The notes: generated from the sequence alone by a model not told the origin. A DNA stretch of 53,667 bases from Clostridia bacterium (GCA_017438525.1 JAFRVI010000022.1:1-53667); one strand, 5' to 3'; shown: positions 41,015 through 50,625, counted from the first letter of the stretch. Translations and numbers: made by a program.

Positions 41015-41356
41015 ATGAAAGCGAGAATCCCCGGAGCCGGCGGCATGGGCAACATCATGCAGCAGGCGCAGAAAATGCAGGAACAGATGCAGCAGACTCA
41101 GGCCGAGCTCGAGGAAAGAGAGTATGAGACCTCGGCCGGAGGCGGCGTAATCAAGGTCAACATAAACGGCAAAAAGGAGATCACCAAGGTCACGATAGAT
41201 CCCTCCGTCGTCGATCCGGACGACGTGGAGATGCTCGAGGACCTCGTAGCCGCCGCCGTAAACGAAGCGATACGCACCGTCGAGGAGGACGCGGCCGAGG
41301 AAATGGGCAAGATCACCGGCGGCATCGGCGGTCTCGGCATACCCGGTCTTATGTAA
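41015..41356 (+). CDS. ybaB: YbaB/EbfC nucleoid-associated protein
   Basis: Typical size and motifs (MQQAQKMQEQMQ...GGGVIKV.ING...IDPSVVDPDDVEMLEDLV..A.N.A). Conserved dnaX-ybaB-recR order. Confidence 0.9.
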   Translation: MKARIPGAGGMGNIMQQAQKMQEQMQQTQAELEEREYETSAGGGVIKVNINGKKEITKVTIDPSVVDPDDVEMLEDLVAAAVNEAIRTVEEDAAEEMGKITGGIGGLGIPGLM

Positions 41357-41396
41357 TTTTCGCCGCCCTTCGCGGCTGAACGGAGTTTTTCACTCT

Positions 41397-41996
41397 ATGA
41401 AGTATTACGCACCGCTGCTCGAACAGCTCATCGAGCATTTCGAGCGTTTCCCCGGCATCGGGCGCAAGACCGCGCAGAGAATGGCGTTCTTCGTGCTCAA
41501 TCAGCCGGAAGAAAAAGTCAAAAGCTTCGCCGACTGCCTGGTCAGCGCGAAATCGGAGATCCACCGCTGCAGCGAATGCTGCAACCTGACCGACGGCGAA
41601 AAGTGCTCCGTCTGCGGCGATCCCTCGCGGGACCGCGCGACCATCTGCGTCGTCGAGGAGCCGAAGGACGTCGTCGCGCTCGAAGCTGTCGGCGAATACC
41701 GCGGGCTCTATCACGTTCTGCACGGCAGCATCTCCCCGCTCGAAGGCGTCGGCCCCGATGATCTGACGGTAAAGGAACTGCTCGCGCGCGTTTCGCAGAA
41801 TCCCGAGACCGAGGTCATCATGGCGACGAATCCTGACGTTGAGGGCGACGCGACCGCGCTTTACCTATCCCGTCTGCTCCGCCCGCTCGGAGCGAAGGTC
41901 ACCCGCATCGCCTACGGCATACCCGTCGGCGGCGAACTCGAGTTCGCGGACGGAGAGACGATCGCCCGCGCTATCGAGGGGAGGCGTGAGATATGA
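41397..41996 (+). CDS. recR: Recombination protein RecR
   Basis: PGIGRKTAQRMAF helix-hairpin-helix, a C4 zinc finger (CSECCNLTDGEKCSVC) and a Toprim domain. Confidence 0.95.
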   Translation: MKYYAPLLEQLIEHFERFPGIGRKTAQRMAFFVLNQPEEKVKSFADCLVSAKSEIHRCSECCNLTDGEKCSVCGDPSRDRATICVVEEPKDVVALEAVGEYRGLYHVLHGSISPLEGVGPDDLTVKELLARVSQNPETEVIMATNPDVEGDATALYLSRLLRPLGAKVTRIAYGIPVGGELEFADGETIARAIEGRREI

Positions 41997-42469
41997 GCGC
42001 CAAAAAGGACAAAAACGAACAGAAGTTCATAGCCCGCAACAAGAAGGCGTACCACGATTATTTCATCGAGGAGACCTACGAGGCGGGTATAGAGCTTGCC
42101 GGCACGGAGGTCAAGAGTCTTCGTCTCGGCAAGTGCAACCTCAAGGACAGCTACTGCGACTTCCGCGGCGGCGAAGTTTTCGTCGTCGGGATGCACGTCA
42201 GCCCCTATGAGCAGGGAAACATCTTCAATAAGAACCCCCTGCGCGACCGCCGTCTGCTTATGCACAAGCGGGAGATACTGAAGCTTTTCAACGCCGTGCG
42301 GCAGGACGGACTCACCGTCGTGCCGCTTTCAGCATATTTCTCCGGCAGGCGCGTGAAGCTCGAAGTCGGCCTCTGCCGAGGCAAAAAGCTGTACGACAAG
42401 CGCGCCGCCGCCGCGGAACGCGACGCCAAGCGCACTATCGACAGAAAGATGAAGGAGCGCAACGTATGA
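41993..42469 (+). CDS. smpB: SsrA-binding protein
   Basis: IARNKKAYHDYFIEETYEAGIELAGTEVKS...RKLLMHKREI. The ATGA start overlaps the recR stop. Confidence 0.95.
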   Translation: MSAKKDKNEQKFIARNKKAYHDYFIEETYEAGIELAGTEVKSLRLGKCNLKDSYCDFRGGEVFVVGMHVSPYEQGNIFNKNPLRDRRLLMHKREILKLFNAVRQDGLTVVPLSAYFSGRRVKLEVGLCRGKKLYDKRAAAAERDAKRTIDRKMKERNV

Positions 42470-44205
42470 TACGGCTCTATCCCGATCGCCCGTTCATATT
42501 CGACGGCGCCTTCGGAACCTGCTACGCCGGCCTTTACCACGACGACACACCCTGCGAGCTGGCGAACGTCAGGCATCCGGAGCGCGTTATTGCGCTGCAC
42601 AGACAGTACGTCGCCGCCGGCGCGGACGGTATAAAGACCGACTCCTTCACTCTCAACCGCGTCAATTTCCCGGACGAAGCGCTGCTTGAAGAGCTCGTCG
42701 CTGGCGCGATCCGCTGCGCGAACACCGCCGCGGCCGGAAAGGCCGCCGTCTTCGCGGATATCGGCCCGATCCCCGACGGGACTGCGGCGGACTACGCCGA
42801 CCTCGTCGATATCTTCATACGCTGCGGCGCGGAAAACTTCCTTTTCGAGACCTTCGCGGAGTTCGCTCCGCTCAGGGACGCGCTGACGCGCGTCAGAGAA
42901 AAACTGCCCGAGGCGGGCGTCATCGTCAGCTTCGGCGCCGCTCCCGACGGCTTCACACGGCACGGCAACGCGCTGACCGCGCTCGTCGCGGAGGCCGCGG
43001 CGCATCCGGCGGTGGACGCCGTCGGCTTCAACTGCGTCTGCGGTCCGGCGCACGCCGCGCGGCTCGCCGCCGAACTGCGCGTTTCAAAGCCGCTCTGCGT
43101 CATGCCCAACGCCGGCTATCCCGTCGACGTCGGCGGCAGGACGGTCTATAACGACAACGCCGACTACTTCGCCGAAAGGATAAAAGAGATCTGCGCCAAC
43201 GGCGCGAAGCTCGTCGGCGGCTGCTGCGGAACGACCCCCGCGCATATCGCCGCCTGCGTTTCCGCGCTGAAAAGCGCGCCGGCGCCGAACGCTCCCGCGC
43301 GTTCCTCTGCGGAAGCCGGAGCCGTGCGCGAGGAAGGCGCCTTCGCGCTGAAGCTTCGCGGCGGCGAACGCGTCGTCGCTGTCGAGCTCGATCCGCCCGC
43401 GGATTCGGGGCTTTCCGACGTTACGGACGCGGCCGCGCTGCTGAAAAACGCCGGCGCGGACGTGATCACCTTCGCGGACAACCCCCTTTCCCGCGCCCGC
43501 GCGGACAGCTTCATGACCGCCGCCTGCGTTCACGGGCGCACCGGCGCGGAGGTCATGCCGCACCTGACCTGCCGCGACAGGAACCACCTCGCGATAAAGT
43601 CCTCCCTGCTCGCCGCGAACGCGATGGGAGTACGCAATGTGCTCGCCGTTACAGGCGATCCGCTCTCCAACGACGAAATGAAAAGCAAGGGCGTTTTCGC
43701 CCTCAATTCATATAACCTTATCGGCTACCTCGCCGGACTGAACTCCGCCGAATTCGCTTCCGCGCCCTTCTGCATAGGCGGCGCGCTGAATATCGGCGCC
43801 GCCAACTTCGACGCCGAGCTCGCGAGGGCGAAGGAGAAGACCGCGCGCGGCGCGGAATACTTCCTCACCCAGCCGGTCGGCTCGGAGCGGGCGCTCGAAA
43901 ATCTCAAAAAAGCGCACGCGGAGCTTGACGCGCCGGTGCTTGCGGGCGTATACCCCGTCGCCGGATACAGAAACGCGCTCTTCCTGAAAAACGAGGTCTC
44001 CGGCATAGACATCCCCGATTCGCTCCTCGCCGAGCTCAAAGACAAGAGCCGCGAGGAAGCCGCCGGGATCTCCGTCCGCTACGCCGCTTCGGTCGCCGAA
44101 AAAGCCGCTCCCTACTGCCGCGGCTTCTATATCATGACGCCACTGAAGCGCGTCGATATCGTCGCAGCGCTGCTCGAAAAACTTAAGGAGAAGCAACTGA
44201 TATGA
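42466..44205 (+). CDS. Fusion of a homocysteine S-methyltransferase domain and 5,10-methylenetetrahydrofolate reductase (YitJ-like)
   Basis: The N-terminal Hcy-binding domain has zinc ligands (GFNCVCGP and GGCCGTTPAHI). The C-terminal MTHFR barrel has VAVELDPP...MPHLTCRD...NVLAVTGD. It overlaps smpB by 4 nt. Confidence 0.85.
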   Translation: MIRLYPDRPFIFDGAFGTCYAGLYHDDTPCELANVRHPERVIALHRQYVAAGADGIKTDSFTLNRVNFPDEALLEELVAGAIRCANTAAAGKAAVFADIGPIPDGTAADYADLVDIFIRCGAENFLFETFAEFAPLRDALTRVREKLPEAGVIVSFGAAPDGFTRHGNALTALVAEAAAHPAVDAVGFNCVCGPAHAARLAAELRVSKPLCVMPNAGYPVDVGGRTVYNDNADYFAERIKEICANGAKLVGGCCGTTPAHIAACVSALKSAPAPNAPARSSAEAGAVREEGAFALKLRGGERVVAVELDPPADSGLSDVTDAAALLKNAGADVITFADNPLSRARADSFMTAACVHGRTGAEVMPHLTCRDRNHLAIKSSLLAANAMGVRNVLAVTGDPLSNDEMKSKGVFALNSYNLIGYLAGLNSAEFASAPFCIGGALNIGAANFDAELARAKEKTARGAEYFLTQPVGSERALENLKKAHAELDAPVLAGVYPVAGYRNALFLKNEVSGIDIPDSLLAELKDKSREEAAGISVRYAASVAEKAAPYCRGFYIMTPLKRVDIVAALLEKLKEKQLI

Positions 44206-44996
44206 TCTACCTCGTAGGTGAAAAACTCAACAGCTCCGTCCCCACCACCGGCGAAGCGATGCTCGCGCGCGACTTCGACAAGCTCGCGGCACTCGCGCTC
44301 GCGCAGGCGGAGGCGGGAGCGTCCTGCCTTGACATAAACACCGCGCTCTGCGGCGCGGACGAGATCGATATGCTCCGCCGCGTCGCCGACCTCGCGGTCG
44401 AAAAAACGAACTGCGACGTTATGCTCGACTCCCCGAATCCCGCCGCGATAATCGCGGTATTGCCGCACATCCGCGGCAGAAAAACGATCGTCAACTCCGT
44501 CACCGCCGACGAGCGGCTGGAGGAGCTCGTACCCGCCGCCGCCGAATACGGCGCGGGAGTCGTCGCGCTGCCCATCCGCTCCGGCGCGATACCCTCCACC
44601 GCGGAGGGACGGCTTGAAAACGCGCTCGCGATACGCGCGCGCCTGAACGCCGCGGGAATACCCGACGAGCGCATCTATATCGACGCGCTCGCGGAGTCCG
44701 TCGCCATGGGCGGCGACGCCGGCAGGACGCTGCTCGAAACGACGCGCCTGCTGCGCCGCGAGCTGCCGGACGTACACGTCATCTGCGGACTTTCAAACGT
44801 CTCCTTCGGTCTGCCGAAGCGCGCGCGTCTGAACGCCGCCGCCGCGACGCTGCTCGCGGAAGCCGGCGCGGACAGCTTCATCTGCGACGCCGCTTCCCCC
44901 TCGCTGAAGACCGCCCTCGCCGCCTGCGAGGCCTTCACCGGCAAAGACGAATACTGCATGGAATACATTACTCAGATAAGGAGCGAGGAGCAATGA
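44202..44996 (+). CDS. Stand-alone pterin-binding (DHPS-like / MetH pterin module) methyltetrahydrofolate methyltransferase
   Basis: MIYLVGEKLNSS...CLDINTA...MLDSPNP...VNSVTA...IYIDAL...ICGLSNVSFGLP follows the TIM-barrel pterin-binding pattern. It overlaps the upstream gene by 4 nt. Confidence 0.75.
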   Translation: MIYLVGEKLNSSVPTTGEAMLARDFDKLAALALAQAEAGASCLDINTALCGADEIDMLRRVADLAVEKTNCDVMLDSPNPAAIIAVLPHIRGRKTIVNSVTADERLEELVPAAAEYGAGVVALPIRSGAIPSTAEGRLENALAIRARLNAAGIPDERIYIDALAESVAMGGDAGRTLLETTRLLRRELPDVHVICGLSNVSFGLPKRARLNAAAATLLAEAGADSFICDAASPSLKTALAACEAFTGKDEYCMEYITQIRSEEQ

Positions 44997-45826
44997 TCAC
45001 CGACCGCGTATATCCTCAGATAGACTATGAAAAATACGGCCTCGTAAAGGGCAGCCGCGACGTTTACGTCGACCTGTACGTCACCGAGCCCTGCACCAAA
45101 GACCCTCTGCCCCGCCCCGCGGTCGTCGTTCTGCCCGGCGGCGGTTACTGGTTCTGCAGTCCGCGCGAGGCGGAGCCGATCGCGATCGCGTTCGCGCGCA
45201 GGGGCTACGCCGCCTTCGTGCTGAACTACTCGATCGAGACGGGCGAGTTCCCCTCCCAGCTGCTCGAAGCCGCCTGGACGGTCGACTTCGTCCGCAGGAA
45301 CGCGGAAAAGTGGCATATCATGCCGGATAAGATCGCCGTCTGCGGCTTCTCCGCAGGCGGACACCTCGCCGCTTCGGTCGGCACGATGTGGAACGCGCCC
45401 GAGGTGCGCGATATCCTCGGCTTCAAAAACGGCGAAGCGCGTCCCGACGCGATGATCCTCGCCTACCCCGTCATCTCCACCGGCGAATTCATCGAGTGGG
45501 GCTCGATAATGAGCCTCACCCGGCGCAAGGCGGAGACCGATCCCGCGCTGATGGCGCGGCTTTCGCTCGAGAACGCCGTCGACGACACGACGCCGCCCGC
45601 CTTCATCTGGCACACCGCCGACGACACCTGTGTCAAGGTGGAGAACTCCCTGCTCTTCGCCTCCGCGCTCTCGGCGCACAAGATACCCTTCGAGCTGCAC
45701 GTTCTGCCGAAGGGCGATCACGGGCTTTCGCTCTGCGATCCCGCCGTCGATATCCCGCGCGAACGCGCGATCCCCTGGATCACCGGCTGGACGGAAAGCG
45801 CGTCGGTCTGGCTCGACAGACTTTGA
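44993..45826 (+). CDS. Alpha/beta-hydrolase (acetyl-esterase/lipase type)
   Basis: VVLPGGGY oxyanion region, GFSAGGHLA nucleophile elbow, and a distal DD...H triad context. It overlaps the upstream gene by 4 nt. Confidence 0.8.
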   Translation: MITDRVYPQIDYEKYGLVKGSRDVYVDLYVTEPCTKDPLPRPAVVVLPGGGYWFCSPREAEPIAIAFARRGYAAFVLNYSIETGEFPSQLLEAAWTVDFVRRNAEKWHIMPDKIAVCGFSAGGHLAASVGTMWNAPEVRDILGFKNGEARPDAMILAYPVISTGEFIEWGSIMSLTRRKAETDPALMARLSLENAVDDTTPPAFIWHTADDTCVKVENSLLFASALSAHKIPFELHVLPKGDHGLSLCDPAVDIPRERAIPWITGWTESASVWLDRL

Positions 45827-45882
45827 GTCAATACGCGGCACGCGCCGCATAAATATTCAAAAATCAACACGGAGGATGCGTT

Positions 45883-46680
45883 ATGTTTTGCACAAAATGC
45901 GGAAACCAATGTGAAGACGGCCAGCGCTTCTGCAACAACTGCGGAGCGCCGCTCGAAGCGGCTCCCGCCGCGGACGAGTCCGTCGCCGAAGCTCCCGTTA
46001 TCGAAGATCCCGCCGCGGAAGCGGTTGAAGAAACCGCGGAAGAGGTCTCCGGAGCCGTAGAAGAAGTTGCGGAAGAAGCGGCCGAAGCCGCCAAAGAAGC
46101 CGCTATGGACGAGCTCGTATCCGGTCAGCCGCCCTTTACCGCTCCCGAGCCGGAACAGCCGTATTCCGAGCATCCTGTCTATCAGCCGCCGATACAGCAG
46201 GAATACTACGCGCCGGCGGCCGAAACCGCACCCGGACCACTCAAAAAGAAGAGCGGCGTCGGCAAATGGATCGCGCGTATAGTTATCTCCTGCCTGCCGC
46301 TGCTGCTGACCTATCTGGCGCTCTTCGTCAGCGGGATAATCTGGCCCGGCTCGCTGCTGCCGACGAATCCGAATCTCGTGCTCTCGTCATGGGCTCCGGA
46401 AGCGAGGACCATCGCCATCGTAATCCTCACGGTGATCTGCGCCTCCGTTCTGCTGCAGATAATATGCCTCGCGGTATGGGCGCTCCGCAAGAAGGGCGAT
46501 CCCGCGCTCCGCGACTGGGCGGTCGGCTTCACGGTCGTCGCGCTCGCGGTAGTCGTTGCGGCGATACTCTTCTCGCTCGGGATGATGCTTTTCAACGACA
46601 ATTACCCGCGCCTGTTCAGCTTCCTCGAGAATTACGTCTCACCCGTCAGATACATAGGTCTGCTCATTTCATTTCTTTGA
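45883..46680 (+). CDS. Zinc-ribbon domain membrane protein with an acidic linker
   Basis: MFCTKCGNQCEDGQRFCNNCGAPL, then an Ala/Glu-rich linker and four predicted TM helices. Confidence 0.7.
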   Translation: MFCTKCGNQCEDGQRFCNNCGAPLEAAPAADESVAEAPVIEDPAAEAVEETAEEVSGAVEEVAEEAAEAAKEAAMDELVSGQPPFTAPEPEQPYSEHPVYQPPIQQEYYAPAAETAPGPLKKKSGVGKWIARIVISCLPLLLTYLALFVSGIIWPGSLLPTNPNLVLSSWAPEARTIAIVILTVICASVLLQIICLAVWALRKKGDPALRDWAVGFTVVALAVVVAAILFSLGMMLFNDNYPRLFSFLENYVSPVRYIGLLISFL

Positions 46681-46718
46681 TTAACCCTCCGGCAGCTGAA
46701 AAATCGTCTCTGTCTAAC

Positions 46719-46757
46719 CAAACGCAGCATTCGCACGCGAACGCTGCGTTTGTTTTT
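46719..46757 (+). terminator. Rho-independent terminator
   Basis: caaacgcagc (46719-46728) / gctgcgtttg (46743-46752), followed by TTTTT. Confidence 0.65.
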
Positions 46758-46771
46758 GCTCAAATTCACTC

Positions 46772-46799
46772 TTGACTGCATGAGTATGTGTGCTATAAT
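46772..46799 (+). promoter_or_regulatory. Promoter of the transglutaminase-like dockerin protein gene
   Basis: TTGACT at 46772-46777, a 16-nt spacer, and an extended -10 TGcTATAAT (46794-46799). Confidence 0.55.
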
Positions 46800-46834
46800 G
46801 ATTTTGTATAGATATCTTTGAGAGGTAAAGAAAA

Positions 46835-48523
46835 ATGAGAAAGCTCAAAGCGTTCATAGCCGTTCTGATTTGTGCCGCACTGCTGCCGGTTCTCCCCGTC
46901 GTTTCCTCCGCGGCGTATGACGGAAATATTTATATAAACAACATAGAAGAATGCGCCGCTTCGCTCGGTATCACGGAAGAACAGTTGGCGGAGCTCGTGG
47001 AATATTTTTACGATTCCACAGCCGTATGCCGCAGGACGATCGACATTTCGGAGTATAATATTTCAAACAACATCACAAACGCGAATATGCTGCGCGATTT
47101 CATCGCCGATAACCCGAAGGCGTTCCATGTAACCGGCATGCGCTATGCGGTCGCCGGCGGCAAAATCGTAAGTTTCGTCATTTCATACAAGACCGACATA
47201 AACGGATACCGCGAGCAGCTCGCGGAGTGCGACGCCGTCGCCGAACGGCTCACCGAGGGCATTACGCCCGATATGCCGGAGGCGCTGAAGGTACTGCTCG
47301 TTCACGACCGGCTGATAACCCACTGCCGCTATTCCGAAGACTACGACTACGAGAACGGCAGATACGCCGACGACGACTACAACGCCTACGGCGCGCTCGT
47401 GGGCGGCAAGGCGATATGCCAGGGTTACACGCTCGGGTTTTCGTACCTGCTGGACTACGTCGGTATAAGCAGCTACACCTGCGCTTCCGAAGCTCTCGTT
47501 CACGCCTGGAACATAGTTATCGTCGACGGCGAGAAATACCACGTCGACGTCACCTGGGACGATCCGCTTTTCGACATTCCCGGCAAGGTAGGACACTGGA
47601 ACCTGCTCTCGTCGAGCGACAAGCTCTACGCCTCCTACCCCACCGCCCACAGCGCGGACGACTACGACGTCTCCCCCGTTTCCGCGCTCTACGATAACCG
47701 CGCGTGGTTCGGCTCGCAGTCGCAGTTCTGCCTGCTTAACGGCGAGCTGTATTACATCGACAACAGCTCCGCGGCGCTCTGCGCCTACGACTTCGGCTCC
47801 GACGGCTCAATGTTCATACTCGACCTGTCCGACTACTCCTGGCCGGCGGGCCCGTATTCCGCGTGGAACGGCAACTACTCCCGCCTCGCCTGCGACGGCG
47901 AATACCTCTATTTCTCGTTGCCGGACGGCATATACCGCTACGACCCCGCCAGAGACCGCGTCGAAACGTTCTTCACGCCGGATATGTCCGGGCACGATTA
48001 CTTCTCCGTTTACGGCTTCACGATGGAGGACGGACTCCTGACCTGCCTCGCGGCCGCCACGCCGAACCTCCGCAACGAAACCGAAAAGGAATACTACACC
48101 TACCGTTACGCCGCTCCGGCCAACGCCGAACCGGTCGTCAGCGGAGTCGAACAGGGCGGCGTTTACGACGCGCCCGTCACGATAAGCTGGGACGTCGGCG
48201 AGGGAACGCTCGACGGCTCGCCCTTCGATAACGGCGGAACGGTCTCCGACCCCGGCGAGCACGTTCTCGCGGTCGTCAACGGCGGCAAGGCGGTCACGCT
48301 GACCTTCACGATAAACGCCGCGCAGCAGATCAAAGGCGACGTCGACGGCGACGGAGAGATCACCGTCGCGGACGCGCTTTCGGTGCTCCGCGTCGCCGCG
48401 AAGCTTGCGCCTTCGACGCCGGAAATGCTCGCTGTCGGCGATATCGACGGCGACGGTGAGATCACGGTAGCGGACGCGCTGTCCATCCTGCGCGTAGCCG
48501 CGAAGCTTGCGACGAGTTTGTAA
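46835..48523 (+). CDS. Secreted transglutaminase-like cysteine-protease-fold protein with a C-terminal dockerin
   Basis: Signal peptide. Transglutaminase core Cys/His/Asp context (GKAICQGYTLGFSYLL...HAWNIVIVDGEKYHVDVTWDD). The dockerin has two loops (GDVDGDGEITVADALSVLR and GDIDGDGEITVADALSILR). Confidence 0.8.
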   Translation: MRKLKAFIAVLICAALLPVLPVVSSAAYDGNIYINNIEECAASLGITEEQLAELVEYFYDSTAVCRRTIDISEYNISNNITNANMLRDFIADNPKAFHVTGMRYAVAGGKIVSFVISYKTDINGYREQLAECDAVAERLTEGITPDMPEALKVLLVHDRLITHCRYSEDYDYENGRYADDDYNAYGALVGGKAICQGYTLGFSYLLDYVGISSYTCASEALVHAWNIVIVDGEKYHVDVTWDDPLFDIPGKVGHWNLLSSSDKLYASYPTAHSADDYDVSPVSALYDNRAWFGSQSQFCLLNGELYYIDNSSAALCAYDFGSDGSMFILDLSDYSWPAGPYSAWNGNYSRLACDGEYLYFSLPDGIYRYDPARDRVETFFTPDMSGHDYFSVYGFTMEDGLLTCLAAATPNLRNETEKEYYTYRYAAPANAEPVVSGVEQGGVYDAPVTISWDVGEGTLDGSPFDNGGTVSDPGEHVLAVVNGGKAVTLTFTINAAQQIKGDVDGDGEITVADALSVLRVAAKLAPSTPEMLAVGDIDGDGEITVADALSILRVAAKLATSL

Positions 48524-48536
48524 TTCAAGATAACGA

Positions 48537-48566
48537 AAAGCCCTCCCGCTCGGGAGGGCTTTTTTA
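48537..48566. terminator. Bidirectional terminator between convergent genes
   Basis: aaagccctcccg / cgggagggcttt stem with A-run and T-run flanks. Confidence 0.8.
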
Positions 48567-48577
48567 TATGCTCTTTT

Positions 48578-49393
48578 TTACAGATCGAGGAAATCCCTTC
48601 GGTAATCGACGCCGAAGCGGTCGGCGACGGCCTTGAGCTGCGCGTCCGTGATGGTATTCACGGTCGGCAGGTGCGCGGTAAGCATATAGAGCTGCGCGGC
48701 CTTCTCCACCGTTTCGATCAGGCCGAATGCCTCGTCGAGGCTGCGGCCGGTGCCGTAGATGCCGTGGGACGCCCAGACGACGAGGCGGTATTCCTTCATC
48801 TTCGCGGCGGTCGCTTCGCCGATCCCGTTCGTGCCGCAGACCATCCACGGCAGGACGCCGACGCCGTCCGGGAAGACGATGACGCACTCGGTGCACTGCT
48901 CCCAGAGCGTGTGTGTGAAGGAGCGCTCGTCGAGCGGGTGGACGCGGGTCATCGCGACGGTATTCGTCGGGTGGCAATGCGTGACAACGCGGTGAAGCGG
49001 GTCGGCGGCGAGGCGCGAAACGTGCGTCATCAGGTGCGCCGGCAGTTCGCTCGTGAAGCTGCCGCCGTCGCCGAAGCCCCATAGAAGCTCCGCTTCGGAG
49101 CCGTCCGCAGAAATGCGGATCACGCCGAGGTCCTTCTCCGGCTGCTTTTCGATATTCTTGAAGTATTTGCCGGTGCCGGTCACGATGAAGATCCGGCCGG
49201 CGAGCGCCTTCGCGTCGAAGCCCGTCGGGATGCGGCGCAGGACGCGGCTCAGGTCGAGATATTCGGCACTCTCCGCTTCGTCAAGCAGCATACTGATATT
49301 GCCGCCGTTGCGCTCGTCCCATCCGAGGCGGTACATATTAGAGGTCGTTTCGCAGATTTCGCGCAGGAACGGCGCGGAAAGCATATCCTTCAT
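48578..49393 (-). CDS. rhaD: Rhamnulose-1-phosphate aldolase
   Basis: RLGWDERNGGNIS and the class II aldolase His cluster (THCHPT...). The start is placed at the ATG at 49393, overlapping the rhaA stop. The N-terminal extension in the track ORF is Arg/Ala-rich and unlikely to be coding. Confidence 0.85.
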   Translation of the reverse strand: MKDMLSAPFLREICETTSNMYRLGWDERNGGNISMLLDEAESAEYLDLSRVLRRIPTGFDAKALAGRIFIVTGTGKYFKNIEKQPEKDLGVIRISADGSEAELLWGFGDGGSFTSELPAHLMTHVSRLAADPLHRVVTHCHPTNTVAMTRVHPLDERSFTHTLWEQCTECVIVFPDGVGVLPWMVCGTNGIGEATAAKMKEYRLVVWASHGIYGTGRSLDEAFGLIETVEKAAQLYMLTAHLPTVNTITDAQLKAVADRFGVDYRRDFLDL

Positions 49394-50625
49394 ATCCTCT
49401 TCTCCAAAACGTCTTTTTCGTATTTTTTTATCTCCGTCAGATAGTCGGACGGAACGCCCGCGCGGCGCAGGAGCTCCTCCCAGACGTCGCCGAAGGGCAG
49501 CACGCTCTGCTCCTCGCGCTTCACCATCAGCGCGGTGAAGTCGGCGGCGTCCTGCAGCTTCTTCAGCTCCGCGGACGGCTCGAGCAGCGCCAGCAGCAGC
49601 GCCTTGCGGACGCTTCTGACGCCGGTCACCCACGCGGAAACGCGGTTTATCGAGGCGTCGAAGTAGTCGGTGGCGATGAAGGAGCGGTCAAGTCCGCCGC
49701 AGCGGACGAGCTCGCGGGCTATCTCCTTCGTTTCGTCGTCGAAAAGCACGACGTGGTCGCTGTCCCAGCGGACGCCGCGGGTCAGATGCAGCGCGATGCG
49801 CGGGTTGAAAAGCAGCAGCGACGAAAGCTTATCCGAAACGAGCTCGGTCGGGTGGTAGTGCCCGTTGTCGAGTAGCGGCACTATGCCCTTTTTCTCCGCG
49901 TAGGAAAGGCAGAACTCCGCGCTGCCGACGGTGTATGACTCCAGCCCGATGCCGAAGACCTTCGACTCGAGCGAAACGAAGACTTTGTCTTTGTCGTACG
50001 GGACGGAAAGGATCTCGTCGAGCGACTTTCTGAAGCGTTCGCGCGGGCCGATGCGGTCGGCGGGGATATCCTTGTATCCGTCCGGTATCCAGAAGTTGAC
50101 GAGGCAGGGCTCGCCCGTCTCGTGCGCGAAGTATTCCGCGATCTCGAGGCAGCGCTTGCCGTGCTCCACCCAGAACGCGCGGACTGTTTCGTCCGGCGAG
50201 GAAAGCGTCAGGTTATCCTTCACCATCGGGTGCGAGAAGAAGGTGGGGTTGAAGTCTATACCCATCCCGCGCTCCTTCGCGAAGTTCACCCAGAAGGCGA
50301 AGTGCTCCGGCTTCAGCGCGTCGCGGTCGGCGCGTTCGCCGCCGAAGACGGCGTAGCAAGCGTGCAGGTTCAGCTTCATCCTGCCGGGTACGAGGCGGAC
50401 GACCTCGTCGATATCCGCCGCAAGCTCGTCGGGGGTGCGCGCTCTGCCGGGGTAGTTCCCCGTCGTCTGTATGCCGCCGGTCAGTCCGCCGTCGTTATCG
50501 AAGCCGATGACGTCGTCGCCCTGCCAGCAGTGGAGCGAGATCGGGACGGAAAGCAGCTTTTCCATCGCCGTTTCGGTATCGACGCCGAGCGCGGCGTATT
50601 TCGCTTTCGCTTCTGTATAGCTCAT
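49390..50625 (-). CDS. rhaA: L-rhamnose isomerase
   Basis: ISLHCWQGDDVIGFD and full-length RhaA-like sequence. Confidence 0.9.
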   Translation of the reverse strand: MSYTEAKAKYAALGVDTETAMEKLLSVPISLHCWQGDDVIGFDNDGGLTGGIQTTGNYPGRARTPDELAADIDEVVRLVPGRMKLNLHACYAVFGGERADRDALKPEHFAFWVNFAKERGMGIDFNPTFFSHPMVKDNLTLSSPDETVRAFWVEHGKRCLEIAEYFAHETGEPCLVNFWIPDGYKDIPADRIGPRERFRKSLDEILSVPYDKDKVFVSLESKVFGIGLESYTVGSAEFCLSYAEKKGIVPLLDNGHYHPTELVSDKLSSLLLFNPRIALHLTRGVRWDSDHVVLFDDETKEIARELVRCGGLDRSFIATDYFDASINRVSAWVTGVRSVRKALLLALLEPSAELKKLQDAADFTALMVKREEQSVLPFGDVWEELLRRAGVPSDYLTEIKKYEKDVLEKRI

